Assembly: GCA_965198115.1 (NCBI GenBank)
Contig: OZ240241.1
Span: forward strand, 7,872,001 to 7,936,000
Length of the DNA stretch: 64,000 nt
Reading direction: 5' to 3'
Origin: Candidatus Latescibacterota bacterium
GTDB lineage: Bacteria; Latescibacterota; UBA2968
Positions 22,892 through 34,156 of the stretch are shown one piece after another. Every line of letters starts with the position of its first letter. Positions within the stretch are counted from its first letter, which is position 1. A program made the translations under genes and the position numbers. The notes below the pieces were generated by a model. That model ran no database searches and was not told the DNA's origin. It saw nothing but the letters and a program-made list of their open reading frames with translations.

Positions 22892-24529
22892 TCCCTGCGA
22901 GCACATCATTAGCCTGAATCATGCATGAATTTGAGTTTAGGTTGTTTTGGAGTGATGTGATCACGCACAGGATTTGTTCTCGGCTTCTTCGGATGTCCAA
23001 GGTCCCGTAAGCGGTCTCTACGAGTCGCAAGAGTCACGATTTTCGTCCGGAACAGGTGTTGTTTTGCGACGTGTACATAGCTGTCCCCGGTATAGATCGG
23101 CGTTGTTACTGCGTGTTCGTTTCGAGCCTGGTGATGATTGACACCAAGACGTTTTTGAGTGGATACGATGTTGGAAAATGGAATCGGATTCTTCGTGCGC
23201 TTTCAATGACTCTCGCGCCGATTTTGAGGAAACGGTTCTGTATCGTGTTGACCTGAGGTTTGGTCCACGCGGTGCCCTTGAGTCCCTGTGATCGGAGTGC
23301 GTGAAGCAAGGCGTATGCAGCACTGTGTAGAAAGAGTCGGAACTGGTTGGCTTCAAACTTGTGGCACGATGTTCGATCGGAGTGAAGGAATGTTTTGTGG
23401 TCCTTGATGAAGCCTTCCGTGCGTCCCCTTGCGCAGTAGATACGATCATAGATAAAGCCGTCTCGATTACTCTGTAAATTGGTCACGCGGTATCTTGGAT
23501 TTGCTTCGCCGTTTGTGACTTCAGCCTTGTGAATGATCCGGCGAGGCTGCCGGTAGGTGCCAGCCTGATATGAGAAGGATGAGAACAAGCGAATCGTCTC
23601 CTTATGCTCGCTCAGACGTAGCGCTTGGTCCATCAGGTTTTGTCCAGCCGCTTTGAGCCTGGAGTTGGCGCCCTGGCCCAGAACGTAGTAGATACCGTTG
23701 TCTTCGCAGAAATCGTGCATCTCTGGTGAGCTGAACTTTGAGTCTGCGCGAACGATGATCTCCACGTTTGGCCAAGATCCGCGTAGGTGTTCCACCAAGC
23801 GCTTGAGAATAGAAACGACCTGTTTACCGTTCGTCGGATGCCCGGGTCTCAAGATCGTCGTAATGAGCTTGCCGCTTTGGCCTTCATAGATATGTAGCGG
23901 CATATAGCAGTGTTCATTGTAATACGCGTTGAAGAGTGAAAATTGTTGCGCACCGTGCGTTGGGTCATCCGTGTCGTCGATATCGAGAATGATGCTTGGG
24001 GGTGCCTGGTCATACGATGCGATGAACCCGTCTACAAAAGCCCGTGCGAGCCGATACAAATCCGAGCGTCGCACATCATTCTCAAGTCGTGTCATCGTTG
24101 ATTGGCTCCCGAGATCAGGACCGGAAAGAGGAAGCCGATCGCAGGCAGCCTTGACGCCCGGATCGTGGCGCAAATCATCACAATCGACGGCATCTTCATA
24201 GCCGCAAGCGATCTGAAAAACACGCTGCTTCACAAGATCCAAAAGCGTGTGATCGATATAGCTTGGGTGACGACGATCTCGCAAAGCATCTACCATTCTG
24301 GCGATCAATCCCATCTGAGACTCAAGGGCGCGAAGCAACAGAACTCCACCGTCACTCCTGACGGCGCCACCGGCAAAATCAGCCTCAACTACCTTGCCCG
24401 AAATGCTTGCGAATGGTAACCGGATCTGACTAGGTTCTATCACGGTAGTTCCTTCCAAGTGTTGTTTTGATGTGTCAGCCCTAATGTAGGTAAAAACAAA
24501 CACTTGTACAAGGAGACTACCTTTTTTAT

Positions 24530-25949
24530 GGCTATATCCGGATCTCTCAACGAGATGAAGTGGGTGAAGGTGCCGTGGTTCCTGGCATGGGGGCGCGGTT
24601 AGCGTGTGCGGAACCTCTTCGGAATCTGCTCAGGGATGTTTATGTCTCCGACGGTAAGGAAGATCATATCGTTGAATGCGTCGAGTGTGCGGAATCCGCT
24701 GGCTCGGTTCTTGACGATTTGGACGATTCGGTTGAGGCCTTCGGCGATGGCGTTGGTAAGACGCGTGTTCACGAATGCGAGGACGCCGAAGAAGTGCTGT
24801 CGCAGGGTCCTGACGAACTTTCGCAGGGGTTCAAGTCGACTTCTGAGTGCGGACGTCGTCCAGCATTTCAGGAAGCGTTCGGCAGCCCAGGGCGCTTTGT
24901 ATTCCCAGAACTGCTCGAACTCGTCCTTGAGTCTCCAGGCTCTATAGATTCGGTAGTTCGCCTTCTCCAGTGCTTTGAGTGTCCGAGTATCCCCTCTGGA
25001 GCGTGTCGCTGAGTGCCGGTAGAGGAGCCATCGGAGGCCCTTCATGGCTTTGCGCTCATCCGGGGCAGCTTTACGCCACTGGTCCTTACGGACCTCGTCA
25101 ACGGCGGCATTGAGAGCCTTGACGATGTGAAAGCGATCGAGGACCAGCTTGGCATTCGGACAGTGTTCCTGGATGGCTCCGATGTAAGCTTCGCTCATGT
25201 CGCAGCAGGCCCACTCGATCTTGGATCTCTGGTAGGGACTGAGAGCCTCTGTGAAGAACCGATCGATCGTTTTACGCGCCCTGCCGCGGCCAACCCACAC
25301 CACGCAGGAGCGGTCCAGATCGTAAACGAGCGTGGCGTACCTGTGACGCTTGGCGTAGGAGATCTCGTCGATCCCGATGGTTTTGAGCCCTCGGATACGA
25401 TGACCTTCACGAAGCCGCGTGATGGATCGGTGAAGGAGATCCGACAGCGTCGAGGCAGAGATGCGCAGCAACTCGGACGCCGCCTTCTGCGTCATGGTCT
25501 GGCAGTAGCGCAGCATGGCATACTCGAAGCGATACGTCACCCGAGAGAACCGCTCCGCCCACGGAATCTCCTCGACCACACGACCGTGGGTAGGACACCG
25601 AATCTCCCGAGGATGGTAGAGAAGCCAGACCCTCCACCCGCACACCGGAATGTCACGCCACCGACGCGGATGGGGCATTGTGCGGACGATTTTACCTCGA
25701 CGGCCGCACTCCGGACAACAACAACCATTCTTATGTGGCTTTACGGCGATGACGAAACAGCTTCTCCCCTCAAACCACCAGCTGACAACACGGAACCCCT
25801 TGAATCTCAGCAGTTTCGATAGTAATCTGCTCCCGGTCATAGGTCGCACCCCCTTCGCTTTGATTGTCCTACACACACAACCAAGCGTAGGGAACGATCT
25901 ATGACCTTGTCATTCTATAGTTTCACCGTTGAGAAACCCGGATAGAGCC
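24530..25949 (-). mobile_element. ISL3-family element, copy 2 (transposase 24599-25840)
   Basis: 1420 bp; TSD TTTTTTAT at 24522-24529 and 25950-25957. Confidence 0.95.
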
Positions 25950-25957
25950 TTTTTTAT

Positions 25958-27377
25958 GGCTATATCCGGATCTCTCAACGAGCTGAAGTGGGTGAAGGTG
26001 CCGTGGTTCCTGACATGGGGGCGCGGTTAGAGTGTGCGGAACCTCTTCGGAATCTGCTCAGGGATGTTTATGTCTCCGACGGTAAGGAAGATCATATCGT
26101 TGAATGCGTCGAGTGTGCGGAATCCGCTGGCTCGGTTCTTGACGATTTGGACGATTCGGTTGAGGCCTTCGGCGATGGCGTTGGTAAGACGCGTGTTCAC
26201 GAATGCGAGGACGCCGAAGAAGTGCTGTCGCAGGGTCCTGACGAACTTTCGCAGGGGTTCAAGTCGACTTCTGAGTGCGGACGTCGTCCAGCATTTCAGG
26301 AAGCGTTCGGCAGCCCAGGGCGCTTTGTATTCCCAGAACTGCTCGAACTCGTCCTTGAGTCTCCAGGCTCTATAGATTCGGTAGTTCGCCTTCTCCAGTG
26401 CTTTGAGTGTCCGAGTATCCCCTCTGGAGCGTGTCGCTGAGTGCCGGTAGAGGAGCCATCGGAGGCCCTTCATGGCTTTGCGCTCATCCGGGGCAGCTTT
26501 ACGCCACTGGTCCTTACGGACCTCGTCAACGGCGGCATTGAGAGCCTTGACGATGTGAAAGCGATCGAGGACCAGCTTGGCATTCGGACAGTGTTCCTGG
26601 ATGGCTCCGATGTAAGCTTCGCTCATGTCGCAGCAGGCCCACTCGATCTTGGATCTCTGGTAGGGACTGAGAGCCTCTGTGAAGAACCGATCGATCGTTT
26701 TACGCGCCCTGCCGCGGCCAACCCACACCACGCAGGAGCGGTCCAGATCGTAAACGAGCGTGGCGTACCTGTGACGCTTGGCGTAGGAGATCTCGTCGAT
26801 CCCGATGGTTTTGAGCCCTCGGATACGATGACCTTCACGAAGCCGCGTGATGGATCGGTGAAGGAGATCCGACAGCGTCGAGGCAGAGATGCGCAGTAAC
26901 TCGGACGCCGCCTTCTGCGTCATGGTCTGGCAGTAGCGCAGCATGGCATACTCGAAGCGATACGTCACCCGAGAGAACCGCTCCGCCCACGGAATCTCCT
27001 CGACCACACGACCGTGGGTAGGACACCGAATCTCCCGAGGATGGTAGAGAAGCCAGACCCTCCACCCGCACACCGGAATGTCACGCCACCGACGCGGATG
27101 GGGCATTGTGCGGACGATTTTACCTCGACGGCCGCACTCCGGACAACAACAACCATTCTTATGGGGCTTTACGGCGATGACGAAGCAGCTTCTCCCCTCA
27201 AACCACCAGCTGACAACACGGAACCCCTTGAATCTCAGCAGTTCCGATAGTAATCTGCTCCCGGTCATAGGTCGCACCCCCTTCGCTTTGATTGTCCTAC
27301 ACACACAACCAAGCGTAGGGAACGATCTATGACCTTGTCATTCTATAGTTTCACCGTTGAGAAACCCGGATAGAGCC
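25958..27377 (-). mobile_element. ISL3-family element, copy 3 (transposase 26027-27268)
   Basis: 1420 bp; TSD TTTTTTAT at 25950-25957 and 27378-27385. Confidence 0.95.
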
Positions 27378-27523
27378 TTTTTTATGCATAATTCAGGCTA
27401 GAGACACCATATCGATCCACGCGCAAAATACATTTAAAGATCGACTGCGAGTTCCGAATCCCGAGTAGAGATCTTCGAGTGTAGAAGGACGCCCCCTCAT
27501 CTTGTTCGCAGGCGGGGGTACAT

Positions 27524-27712
27524 CCTGAGCCCTCGGCTTCGCTCAGGATAATCCGTCGAAGGGCGCTCCCACCGGTTGTCTGCGACCTCCTATCCACCCG
27601 GGGCCCATTGTTCCCTACCAAGTCTTCTTGTTTTTCTTCCGTGTATTCCGTGTATTCCGTGGTCCAAGTGTTTTTCGCTTTTCCGTTCATGTTTTTCGTG
27701 TATTTCGTGGTA
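27524..27712. repeat. REP-like element plus two 9-mer arrays
   Basis: CCTGAGC..GCTCAGG..GTCGAAGGG; TTCCGTGTA x2-TTCCGTGGT; TTCATGTTT-TTCGTGTAT-TTCGTGGT. Confidence 0.7.
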
Positions 27713-27722
27713 AGGTTTTCCA

Positions 27723-29306
27723 ATGCGAGATCTCTCACGCGACAGCACGCACCTCCACATCGACGACAAGGCACAGACCTTCCTCGACAACCTGATTCTC
27801 GAATCCGTCACGGACGTGACTCGCCGATGGCACGCGCCCGAACGATTCGGGGATGGCCCCGTCCTCACGAAAACCGAGAACTGGGAAGTGCTTCCCTACT
27901 TCGGCTGCGCAAACCACACCGTGCTCCGCGATTCAGCCGATGGTCTTTTCAAGTGTTGGTATGAGATTATGGTCGGTGAACCCGACGCGAAGAAGATGGG
28001 CCTGGGGATGGAAAGCCGTATGTGTTACGCCGTCAGCGAGGATGGCGTCCGCTGGGAAAAACCCGGGGTCGGTATCACCATCGATGGCCGTAGAACCAAC
28101 ATCGTCCTGGGTGATGAGGAAACCGGCGCACACGGATTGATGGTGGCCGAAGATCCTCACGGAGATACATGCGGGCGCTTCAAGGGACTTTTCACACGGA
28201 TGTGGGACCACAACAAGAATCGCCAGATCGTGGCCGCGCATTCGCCCGACGGAATCGAGTGGCACCTCTATGACAAACTCCCCAGCGTCGGTTCAGCGGG
28301 ACCTCGTCTGTGCGATGTTCACATCGTCGCCGTCGACCCAGACTCTCGCGAGTACGTCGCCTACACACGTCACTTCCTGATGACAGCCGGCGCCACGCGA
28401 TCCCGATTCGATCGTGACGTCACTTTCTCACGGCCCTACGAACCCGACACCTTCGCCTCGTATTCGCAGCGGAGGATCTGGCAGATCCGCAGCCCCGATT
28501 TCATCCACTGGAGCGAACCCCTTCTCCTCGCCGCCGCGGACGAAGAGGAAGACAACATCGACGAATCTTTTTACGGAATGGTGCCCTATCGCGTCGGCAC
28601 GCAACACATCGCTCCGCTCAACGTTTTCAGCGCGGTCGACAACGTGATGGAGGTCCAGCTCCTCCACAGCCGAGATGGCCTGCGCTGGAATCGGGCAAAC
28701 CGTCGGCAGCCGTTTCTCGATCATCGGGGCGACGGGCACTGGGACGCGCATATGGTGTCGATCGTCAACCCGCCGATCGCGATCGACGGCGAGCTCTGGT
28801 TTTTCCACAGCGGGACCGACTTCCACCACGACTGGTGGCTCGTCGGCAAGCGGGAAGGCATCGACCATCCCGAGGCGAACGATCCCCTCGGGTGCGGGGC
28901 ATCATTCGGACTGGGAATCGCGAAACTTCGGAAGGATGGCTACGCCGGCTTATTCGCCAACCCGTATCGACAGGGCATCGTTACCACGCGCTCCCTGATC
29001 AGCCTTGGGAGCCGGCTATCGATCAACGCCAAGTGCGGGCCAGGAGGCTCGGTCCGCGTCGAAGCACTCAATCGTGACGATCAGATCCTCGGATCGTGCA
29101 ACCTCGAAAACAGCGATCCCTTCGAAGGCGACACGACCGATCACACAATGACCTGGAACGGCGACCCAACAGTACCCGCCGGACGGGGCCAGGACCTCTA
29201 CTGGCGCAAGCTAAGATTCTACCTCCGCAACGCCGAACTCTATTCGTTCCGCTTCACCCACTCAATTGAAGACCCCGACCCCTTCAAAACCGAAAAGGAG
29301 TGGTAA
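27723..29306 (+). CDS. Putative glycoside-hydrolase-like five-bladed beta-propeller protein
   Basis: Asp-box repeats SEDGVRW, SPDGIEW, SPDFIHW, SRDGLRW; LRKDGY followed by a C-terminal beta-sandwich. Confidence 0.75.
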   Translation: MRDLSRDSTHLHIDDKAQTFLDNLILESVTDVTRRWHAPERFGDGPVLTKTENWEVLPYFGCANHTVLRDSADGLFKCWYEIMVGEPDAKKMGLGMESRMCYAVSEDGVRWEKPGVGITIDGRRTNIVLGDEETGAHGLMVAEDPHGDTCGRFKGLFTRMWDHNKNRQIVAAHSPDGIEWHLYDKLPSVGSAGPRLCDVHIVAVDPDSREYVAYTRHFLMTAGATRSRFDRDVTFSRPYEPDTFASYSQRRIWQIRSPDFIHWSEPLLLAAADEEEDNIDESFYGMVPYRVGTQHIAPLNVFSAVDNVMEVQLLHSRDGLRWNRANRRQPFLDHRGDGHWDAHMVSIVNPPIAIDGELWFFHSGTDFHHDWWLVGKREGIDHPEANDPLGCGASFGLGIAKLRKDGYAGLFANPYRQGIVTTRSLISLGSRLSINAKCGPGGSVRVEALNRDDQILGSCNLENSDPFEGDTTDHTMTWNGDPTVPAGRGQDLYWRKLRFYLRNAELYSFRFTHSIEDPDPFKTEKEW

Positions 29307-29396
29307 CCTTACCCTTGCTTTCGTCCAACCCCGCTGATTCACATTTACCCTACCCAATTCCATAATTTCCTATTTTCCTGATTTCCTAATGAAGCC

Positions 29397-30197
29397 TCAA
29401 TGATGATCCACCCTCGGCTCGATCGGGATCGCACGAAACTCCAGAATCATATCCGCGAGCTCACGCGCCGATGCATTGAACCATTTTTCACCCTTTTCGA
29501 CAGTTCCCTTCGTTGCGTCCCCGATCACGCCCGTATCGGTGAGGCGTGACCAGTGATCCATCATTTTCAGCGGCGCACCACCCTTCCCACGCGCCCAGCC
29601 CCGCCAGTAGAATCGTGAGACCCCTACCTTGACTTCCGACGCGGCTTTGTCCATCTGCACCGCTTCTTCGTTGAGATACAAATAGGCCGACGTCTCGACC
29701 TCGTCCGCGTGCGACATCACGTCGGATTCCGTGAAATCCTCGAACCCTCCACCGACACCCGGCCCCACGGCGGCACAATGCACGTCGGTCTCAATCACCG
29801 TCCGCCGAGCGGCGAGTTCAAGGATCGCCTCGTTGGAGCCGTGGCCATTCACGATCATAATCTTGCGAAATCCGTGGTGGGCCACACTCTTCGTAATGTC
29901 CAGCACGAAGTGCAGTAAATGCTCGTCTCTAATTGTGATCGTGCCCGGGAAGTCCATATGGTGATCTTCAAACCCATAGGCGACCTCTGGTAGGACGAGC
30001 ACATCGTCCGGAATCAGCTTCGCGGCCGCATCGCAGACGCTCGCCACAACGAACGTGTCCACGTCCAGCGGCAGATGGTGGCCGTGATCTTCCGTAGACC
30101 CGACAGGTAGAACAACAACCGGCTGCTTCTCAATCAGATCACGTAGTTCAGGCCAGGTATAGTGGTCGTATCGATACGGCAATCTGGGGCCTCGCAC
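29397..30197 (-). CDS. Creatininase family amidohydrolase
   Basis: LPVGSTEDHGHHLPLDVD, HHMDFPGT, NGHGSN, HADEVETS; RBS AGGAG before GTG. Confidence 0.92.
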   Translation of the reverse strand: MRGPRLPYRYDHYTWPELRDLIEKQPVVVLPVGSTEDHGHHLPLDVDTFVVASVCDAAAKLIPDDVLVLPEVAYGFEDHHMDFPGTITIRDEHLLHFVLDITKSVAHHGFRKIMIVNGHGSNEAILELAARRTVIETDVHCAAVGPGVGGGFEDFTESDVMSHADEVETSAYLYLNEEAVQMDKAASEVKVGVSRFYWRGWARGKGGAPLKMMDHWSRLTDTGVIGDATKGTVEKGEKWFNASARELADMILEFRAIPIEPRVDHH

Positions 30198-30391
30198 GAT
30201 GTCTCCTTTCAAGATTGTGAGAGTCGCCACGACGCGAATTCTATTCCGCTCTCACGAGTAAGAATTCGGTCACAGCAGGACCGTGACGTCCTTATCCTGC
30301 CTTGCAATAAACGCAATGCGATCCGGGCACCGGAATCTATACCCAAACACCTGTAACCTTCCATCACACGACTCGATAGGAAAGCGAAAAC

Positions 30392-31726
30392 TTGACTGAC
30401 ACCGTCGATACCGGCCAAACCGTCGACCAGGTTCGTGAAAAGCTGGTCGATGGCGTACTGCTGGTGCTCGCACTCCTCATGATCCCGGCAACGCTTCTAT
30501 CCTGGTCTCGTATCCATATCGTTGGCTTTCATCCGATCATGGTTTTGCACGCTGCGGTGGGGGTAGGACTCGTAGTCGTTGCGTTGTTCCGTCGACGGAT
30601 GTCCCTTCTCGCAAAATCGTGGGTGGTTCTCGGCGTATTTTTCCTCCTCGCGACGGCCGGCTTGCTTGTATTCGGTCTCGTGAGCTTCGGAACCGAGGTG
30701 CTCCTGCTGATGACTCTACTCGCGAGCGCACTCATGGGCAAGAAGTGGGGTTGGCGTGCCCTGGCTATATCGGGTCTGACCACCGGTCTTATCGCGCTCG
30801 GTGTATCGATCGGTGTAATTACTTTCGATATCGATATGGGAGTCTATTCCCTCGCACCCCTGACGTGGGTAGTTTCCACCGCGCTTTTCGTCTGCATCCT
30901 TGCGCTCGGAGTAACGATTCTCGGGGGCATTCACGACGCGCTACTCGCGTCGATCGCTTCCCTCCGCGAACAGGCAGCAGAGCTCGCAAAGGCTCGAGAC
31001 CAGTCTGAAATCGCCCATCGTTCGAAGAGCGCCTTTATGGCGAACGTCTCTCACGAGTTTCGGACACCACTCAACGCAATCGTCGGATACGCAGAGCTTC
31101 TCCAAAGAAAGGTGACGGACGAGAGACAACAGTCCGAGTTGGCGACGATCGCCACGAGTGGCCGAGGCCTCGCCCTTCTAGTCGACAGCATATTGGATCT
31201 GTCACGTCTGGAGGCGGGCGACATTAAACTCGACGCAGGTCCGACCGTGCTACGATCGTTTATCGACGCGTTCGCTCCCCGATACCAGCGAGGTGCAACA
31301 GAAAAGGGGTTGCAGTTCACGTGGGACTCGGACGGAGACGTACCCTTCTGCGTGGAACTCGACGAGATCAGGATGACCAAAGCACTCGGCCACCTTGTGG
31401 ACAACGCGATCAAATTCACCGACGACGGCGAGGTCTCGGTGACGATCGGTGTTCGATCCCGCACCGATGAAATAGCGCATTTAGTGTTCTCGGTACGCGA
31501 CACCGGCGTCGGCATCCCAGAGAACCAGCAACAGGCCATTATGGAACCGTTCACCCAGGCTGATGGGCAATCCGTAGACGACTACGGGGGTACCGGGATC
31601 GGATTGTCGCTCGCCAAGCGATTGGTCCAATCGATGGGGGGGCGTCTGCTCGTAGAGAGTCGGGAAGGTGAGGGCAGCACGTTCTCGATCGAGATGGAGG
31701 ACGTCCCGATCGTCGATGAACAATAG
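30392..31726 (+). CDS. Membrane sensor histidine kinase (~6 TM + HisKA + HATPase)
   Basis: FMANVSHEFRTPLNAI, DNAIKFT, DTGVGI, YGGTGIGL; paralogous to the kinase at 1-1365. Confidence 0.9.
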   Translation: MTDTVDTGQTVDQVREKLVDGVLLVLALLMIPATLLSWSRIHIVGFHPIMVLHAAVGVGLVVVALFRRRMSLLAKSWVVLGVFFLLATAGLLVFGLVSFGTEVLLLMTLLASALMGKKWGWRALAISGLTTGLIALGVSIGVITFDIDMGVYSLAPLTWVVSTALFVCILALGVTILGGIHDALLASIASLREQAAELAKARDQSEIAHRSKSAFMANVSHEFRTPLNAIVGYAELLQRKVTDERQQSELATIATSGRGLALLVDSILDLSRLEAGDIKLDAGPTVLRSFIDAFAPRYQRGATEKGLQFTWDSDGDVPFCVELDEIRMTKALGHLVDNAIKFTDDGEVSVTIGVRSRTDEIAHLVFSVRDTGVGIPENQQQAIMEPFTQADGQSVDDYGGTGIGLSLAKRLVQSMGGRLLVESREGEGSTFSIEMEDVPIVDEQ

Positions 31727-31854
31727 AATTGGCAACGGATTGAAATCGAGGCAGAAGAGAGGGCCGCAGTGTTTCGCTGGGCCCTTTCGACGGTACATAA
31801 AGAAACTCCCTATCGCTTTGACAGGATAGGGAGCTCAGACGCTCAGCACCCGCT

Positions 31855-34074
31855 TCAACTCAGCAGGTTCAGCATTTCGCGATCCTCTCTCCGCTCAGCC
31901 ACTGCCCGCGGCGTTCCCCACGTCGATCCTTCGGGCGCATCCGGATCGGCGCCTTGCTCGATCAGAAACTTGACCATTTCGGGCTGACCGCGTCTGACAG
32001 CCTCCGCCAGTGTAGTCCCGCCGTGCTCCAACTCCACAGCGTCGACATCCGCACCGTTTTCGATGAGAACCCTCGCCGTCTCGACTTTCCCGGCCCGCGC
32101 GCAACTGTGCAGGAACGTCTTGCCGATCCAGTTGGGCCGATTCACGTCCAGGCCGTGATCGATCAGCTTCTGCGTCTGTTCGGGAGGCGGGACATTTCCG
32201 CCGTAGATGCTCGACGGAGCGATCTCTTTCAGTCGGTCGCCAAAAATTTCGATGAAGAGATCGAATATCTCCGGATCCTCGTGACCCAGGATCTCGTGTG
32301 TGAATACGAGTTCACTACCCGACGGCCCATCCGATTTCGTCTGGGCAATCAGTTCTCTCTTCTGAGCCCGCAATCCTTCCTTGATCTCATCAGCCGTCAT
32401 GTTCCAGACCGGCATGAACGCGCCGTGCTCACGCAGAAGGTTCTGCATAGGCTCACACGAATCGGGATATTTGGCTTCGACGATCGTAATGCAGGACCCG
32501 CTGGAATCGGAGCTCTGGTTCGGGTCCGCCCCGGCGTTCAACAGCAGCTGGGCAATTTCGATATGATTCCCTTCAGACGCCGCGAACAGAGCGTGACCCT
32601 GAGGAGCCAGATCTTCAGGCAGATTGGGATCTGCCCCGCGTTCAAGAAGCACCTTTACGGCTGACAGCCGCCCGTGCTTCGCTGCATAAAACAAGGGACT
32701 CTGGTTGTGAGCATTCAGCCTGTTGGCGATCGAGGGATCTTCCTCGAGCATCGACTCGATGCGTTCGACATCACCCAGCGCGCAAGCCGTACAGAAGTCG
32801 TACGTGGCGCCCCTCGCCAGAAGGTACCCACTAACGATCCAGGGGTTCCTTATTGCGTCCCCGGACAGGTCGCGCCTCCACCGATATCCGTAAGACCCGT
32901 TGAATGACAGGAGTAACGGGGTCTGCCCGTCGGCGCGACGCGCATCGATATCCGCACCTGATTCAAGAAAAACGTCAATCAGAGCCAGTTGCCGGGTGAG
33001 TGCAGCCCAGTGGATCGATCCGTTTCCCAATGCATCCGAAGCAAACACGAGGTGGGGATCGCTCGCCACGATCGATGAGACCCTATTTGCGTCGCGACCC
33101 TTGATCGCGTCTCCCAAACGTTCGAAATCCGGATCATAACCGAAGCGTTCAGTCATTGCCGCTTCAAGAAGTCCCTTCACCGCCCCCTGGCCCCGTTCCT
33201 CGGCAACACGCAGCATCTTGTCCCACGAGTCGTACAGGAACCGGGACTGTCCAGGATCCGCCCCGTGCTCCAGCAGCAACTGGACCACGTCCGCGTGCCC
33301 TTCCCGCACCGCCATATGAATCGGAAACTGATACCAGTGCTGTGCATTGACGAGCCGTGGATCCTGATTGAGCAGTGCCTTCACTCGGACGATGTCCCCG
33401 GCCGCACTCGCACAGAACAGGGCCCAGGCATCACGCCCGTCGAGCGCCTCGACTCCGTAAACGTAATGATCCGTGGCCATCGACTTCGGCTGCGTCAGTT
33501 GATGAACTCGGTCTTCGAAATCCTTATTCCTGGAAGGTCTTTCGCCGTCGAATCTCTCTTCCGCCATCGCCACAATCCCTTCCTTCATTCGCTTCCGTGC
33601 CCCCCGCAACCGGTTGTTGACGGTCGTCACAGTCAGGCCCAGGAAGCGCGCAATGTCATCGTGTGAGTGGTGCCCGAAGTAGAACATCGTCGCCGCGATC
33701 CGTTCCTCCTCGGGCAAGGCCGCCAGGACACGAATCACCTCATCGTTCCGCTCGTCCATCTCGACCGTCAACGTGGGGGAGCCCACGACAGCATCGATGT
33801 TGACGTCGTGTCGATCCCGTCGTGTAAACCGTGTCGACCGCGTAAACACGAGGCGACGCATCCATCCCGCGAACGCAGCGGGCTCGCGCAACCTCGGCAT
33901 CTCCAGCCAGGCCGACACGAAAGCTTCCTGGGCCGCATCCTCGGCCAGATGGAAATCCCCGATTACCGAGAAGGCATATCCCACTGCCATATCCTGGAAT
34001 CGTCGAACAAGGTCGTTAAACGCGTCCCGATCCCCCGTCTGCGCTCGCACGACGACCTGCTCGAGTGGAACCAC
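31855..34074 (-). CDS. ECF sigma factor fused to C-terminal ankyrin repeats
   Basis: Region 2 AEDAAQEAF..FAGW; region 4 IARFLGLTVTTVNNRLRGARK; multiple ankyrin repeats (FPIHMAV, GQTPL, QSPLFYAA, GKTFLH). Confidence 0.9.
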   Translation of the reverse strand: MVPLEQVVVRAQTGDRDAFNDLVRRFQDMAVGYAFSVIGDFHLAEDAAQEAFVSAWLEMPRLREPAAFAGWMRRLVFTRSTRFTRRDRHDVNIDAVVGSPTLTVEMDERNDEVIRVLAALPEEERIAATMFYFGHHSHDDIARFLGLTVTTVNNRLRGARKRMKEGIVAMAEERFDGERPSRNKDFEDRVHQLTQPKSMATDHYVYGVEALDGRDAWALFCASAAGDIVRVKALLNQDPRLVNAQHWYQFPIHMAVREGHADVVQLLLEHGADPGQSRFLYDSWDKMLRVAEERGQGAVKGLLEAAMTERFGYDPDFERLGDAIKGRDANRVSSIVASDPHLVFASDALGNGSIHWAALTRQLALIDVFLESGADIDARRADGQTPLLLSFNGSYGYRWRRDLSGDAIRNPWIVSGYLLARGATYDFCTACALGDVERIESMLEEDPSIANRLNAHNQSPLFYAAKHGRLSAVKVLLERGADPNLPEDLAPQGHALFAASEGNHIEIAQLLLNAGADPNQSSDSSGSCITIVEAKYPDSCEPMQNLLREHGAFMPVWNMTADEIKEGLRAQKRELIAQTKSDGPSGSELVFTHEILGHEDPEIFDLFIEIFGDRLKEIAPSSIYGGNVPPPEQTQKLIDHGLDVNRPNWIGKTFLHSCARAGKVETARVLIENGADVDAVELEHGGTTLAEAVRRGQPEMVKFLIEQGADPDAPEGSTWGTPRAVAERREDREMLNLLS

Positions 34075-34156
34075 GACTCGTCCCTTCTATCGAACAATCA
34101 TTCCGGAAGCCTTCCAATGGTAAGGCACCACGACGCGACGACCATTGATAAAAAAA

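Larger units (their letters stand above)
22913..27397 (-). mobile_element. IS1380-family element, copy 2 (transposase 23106-24443), carrying two tandem ISL3 in its left end
   Basis: Near-identical to copy 1, inverted; flanks TTAG and CTAG. Confidence 0.93.

Noticed and set aside
27382-27964. ORFs containing TTEYTEYTE / SVYSVYSVV
   Set aside because: Translations of non-coding 9-mer repeats.
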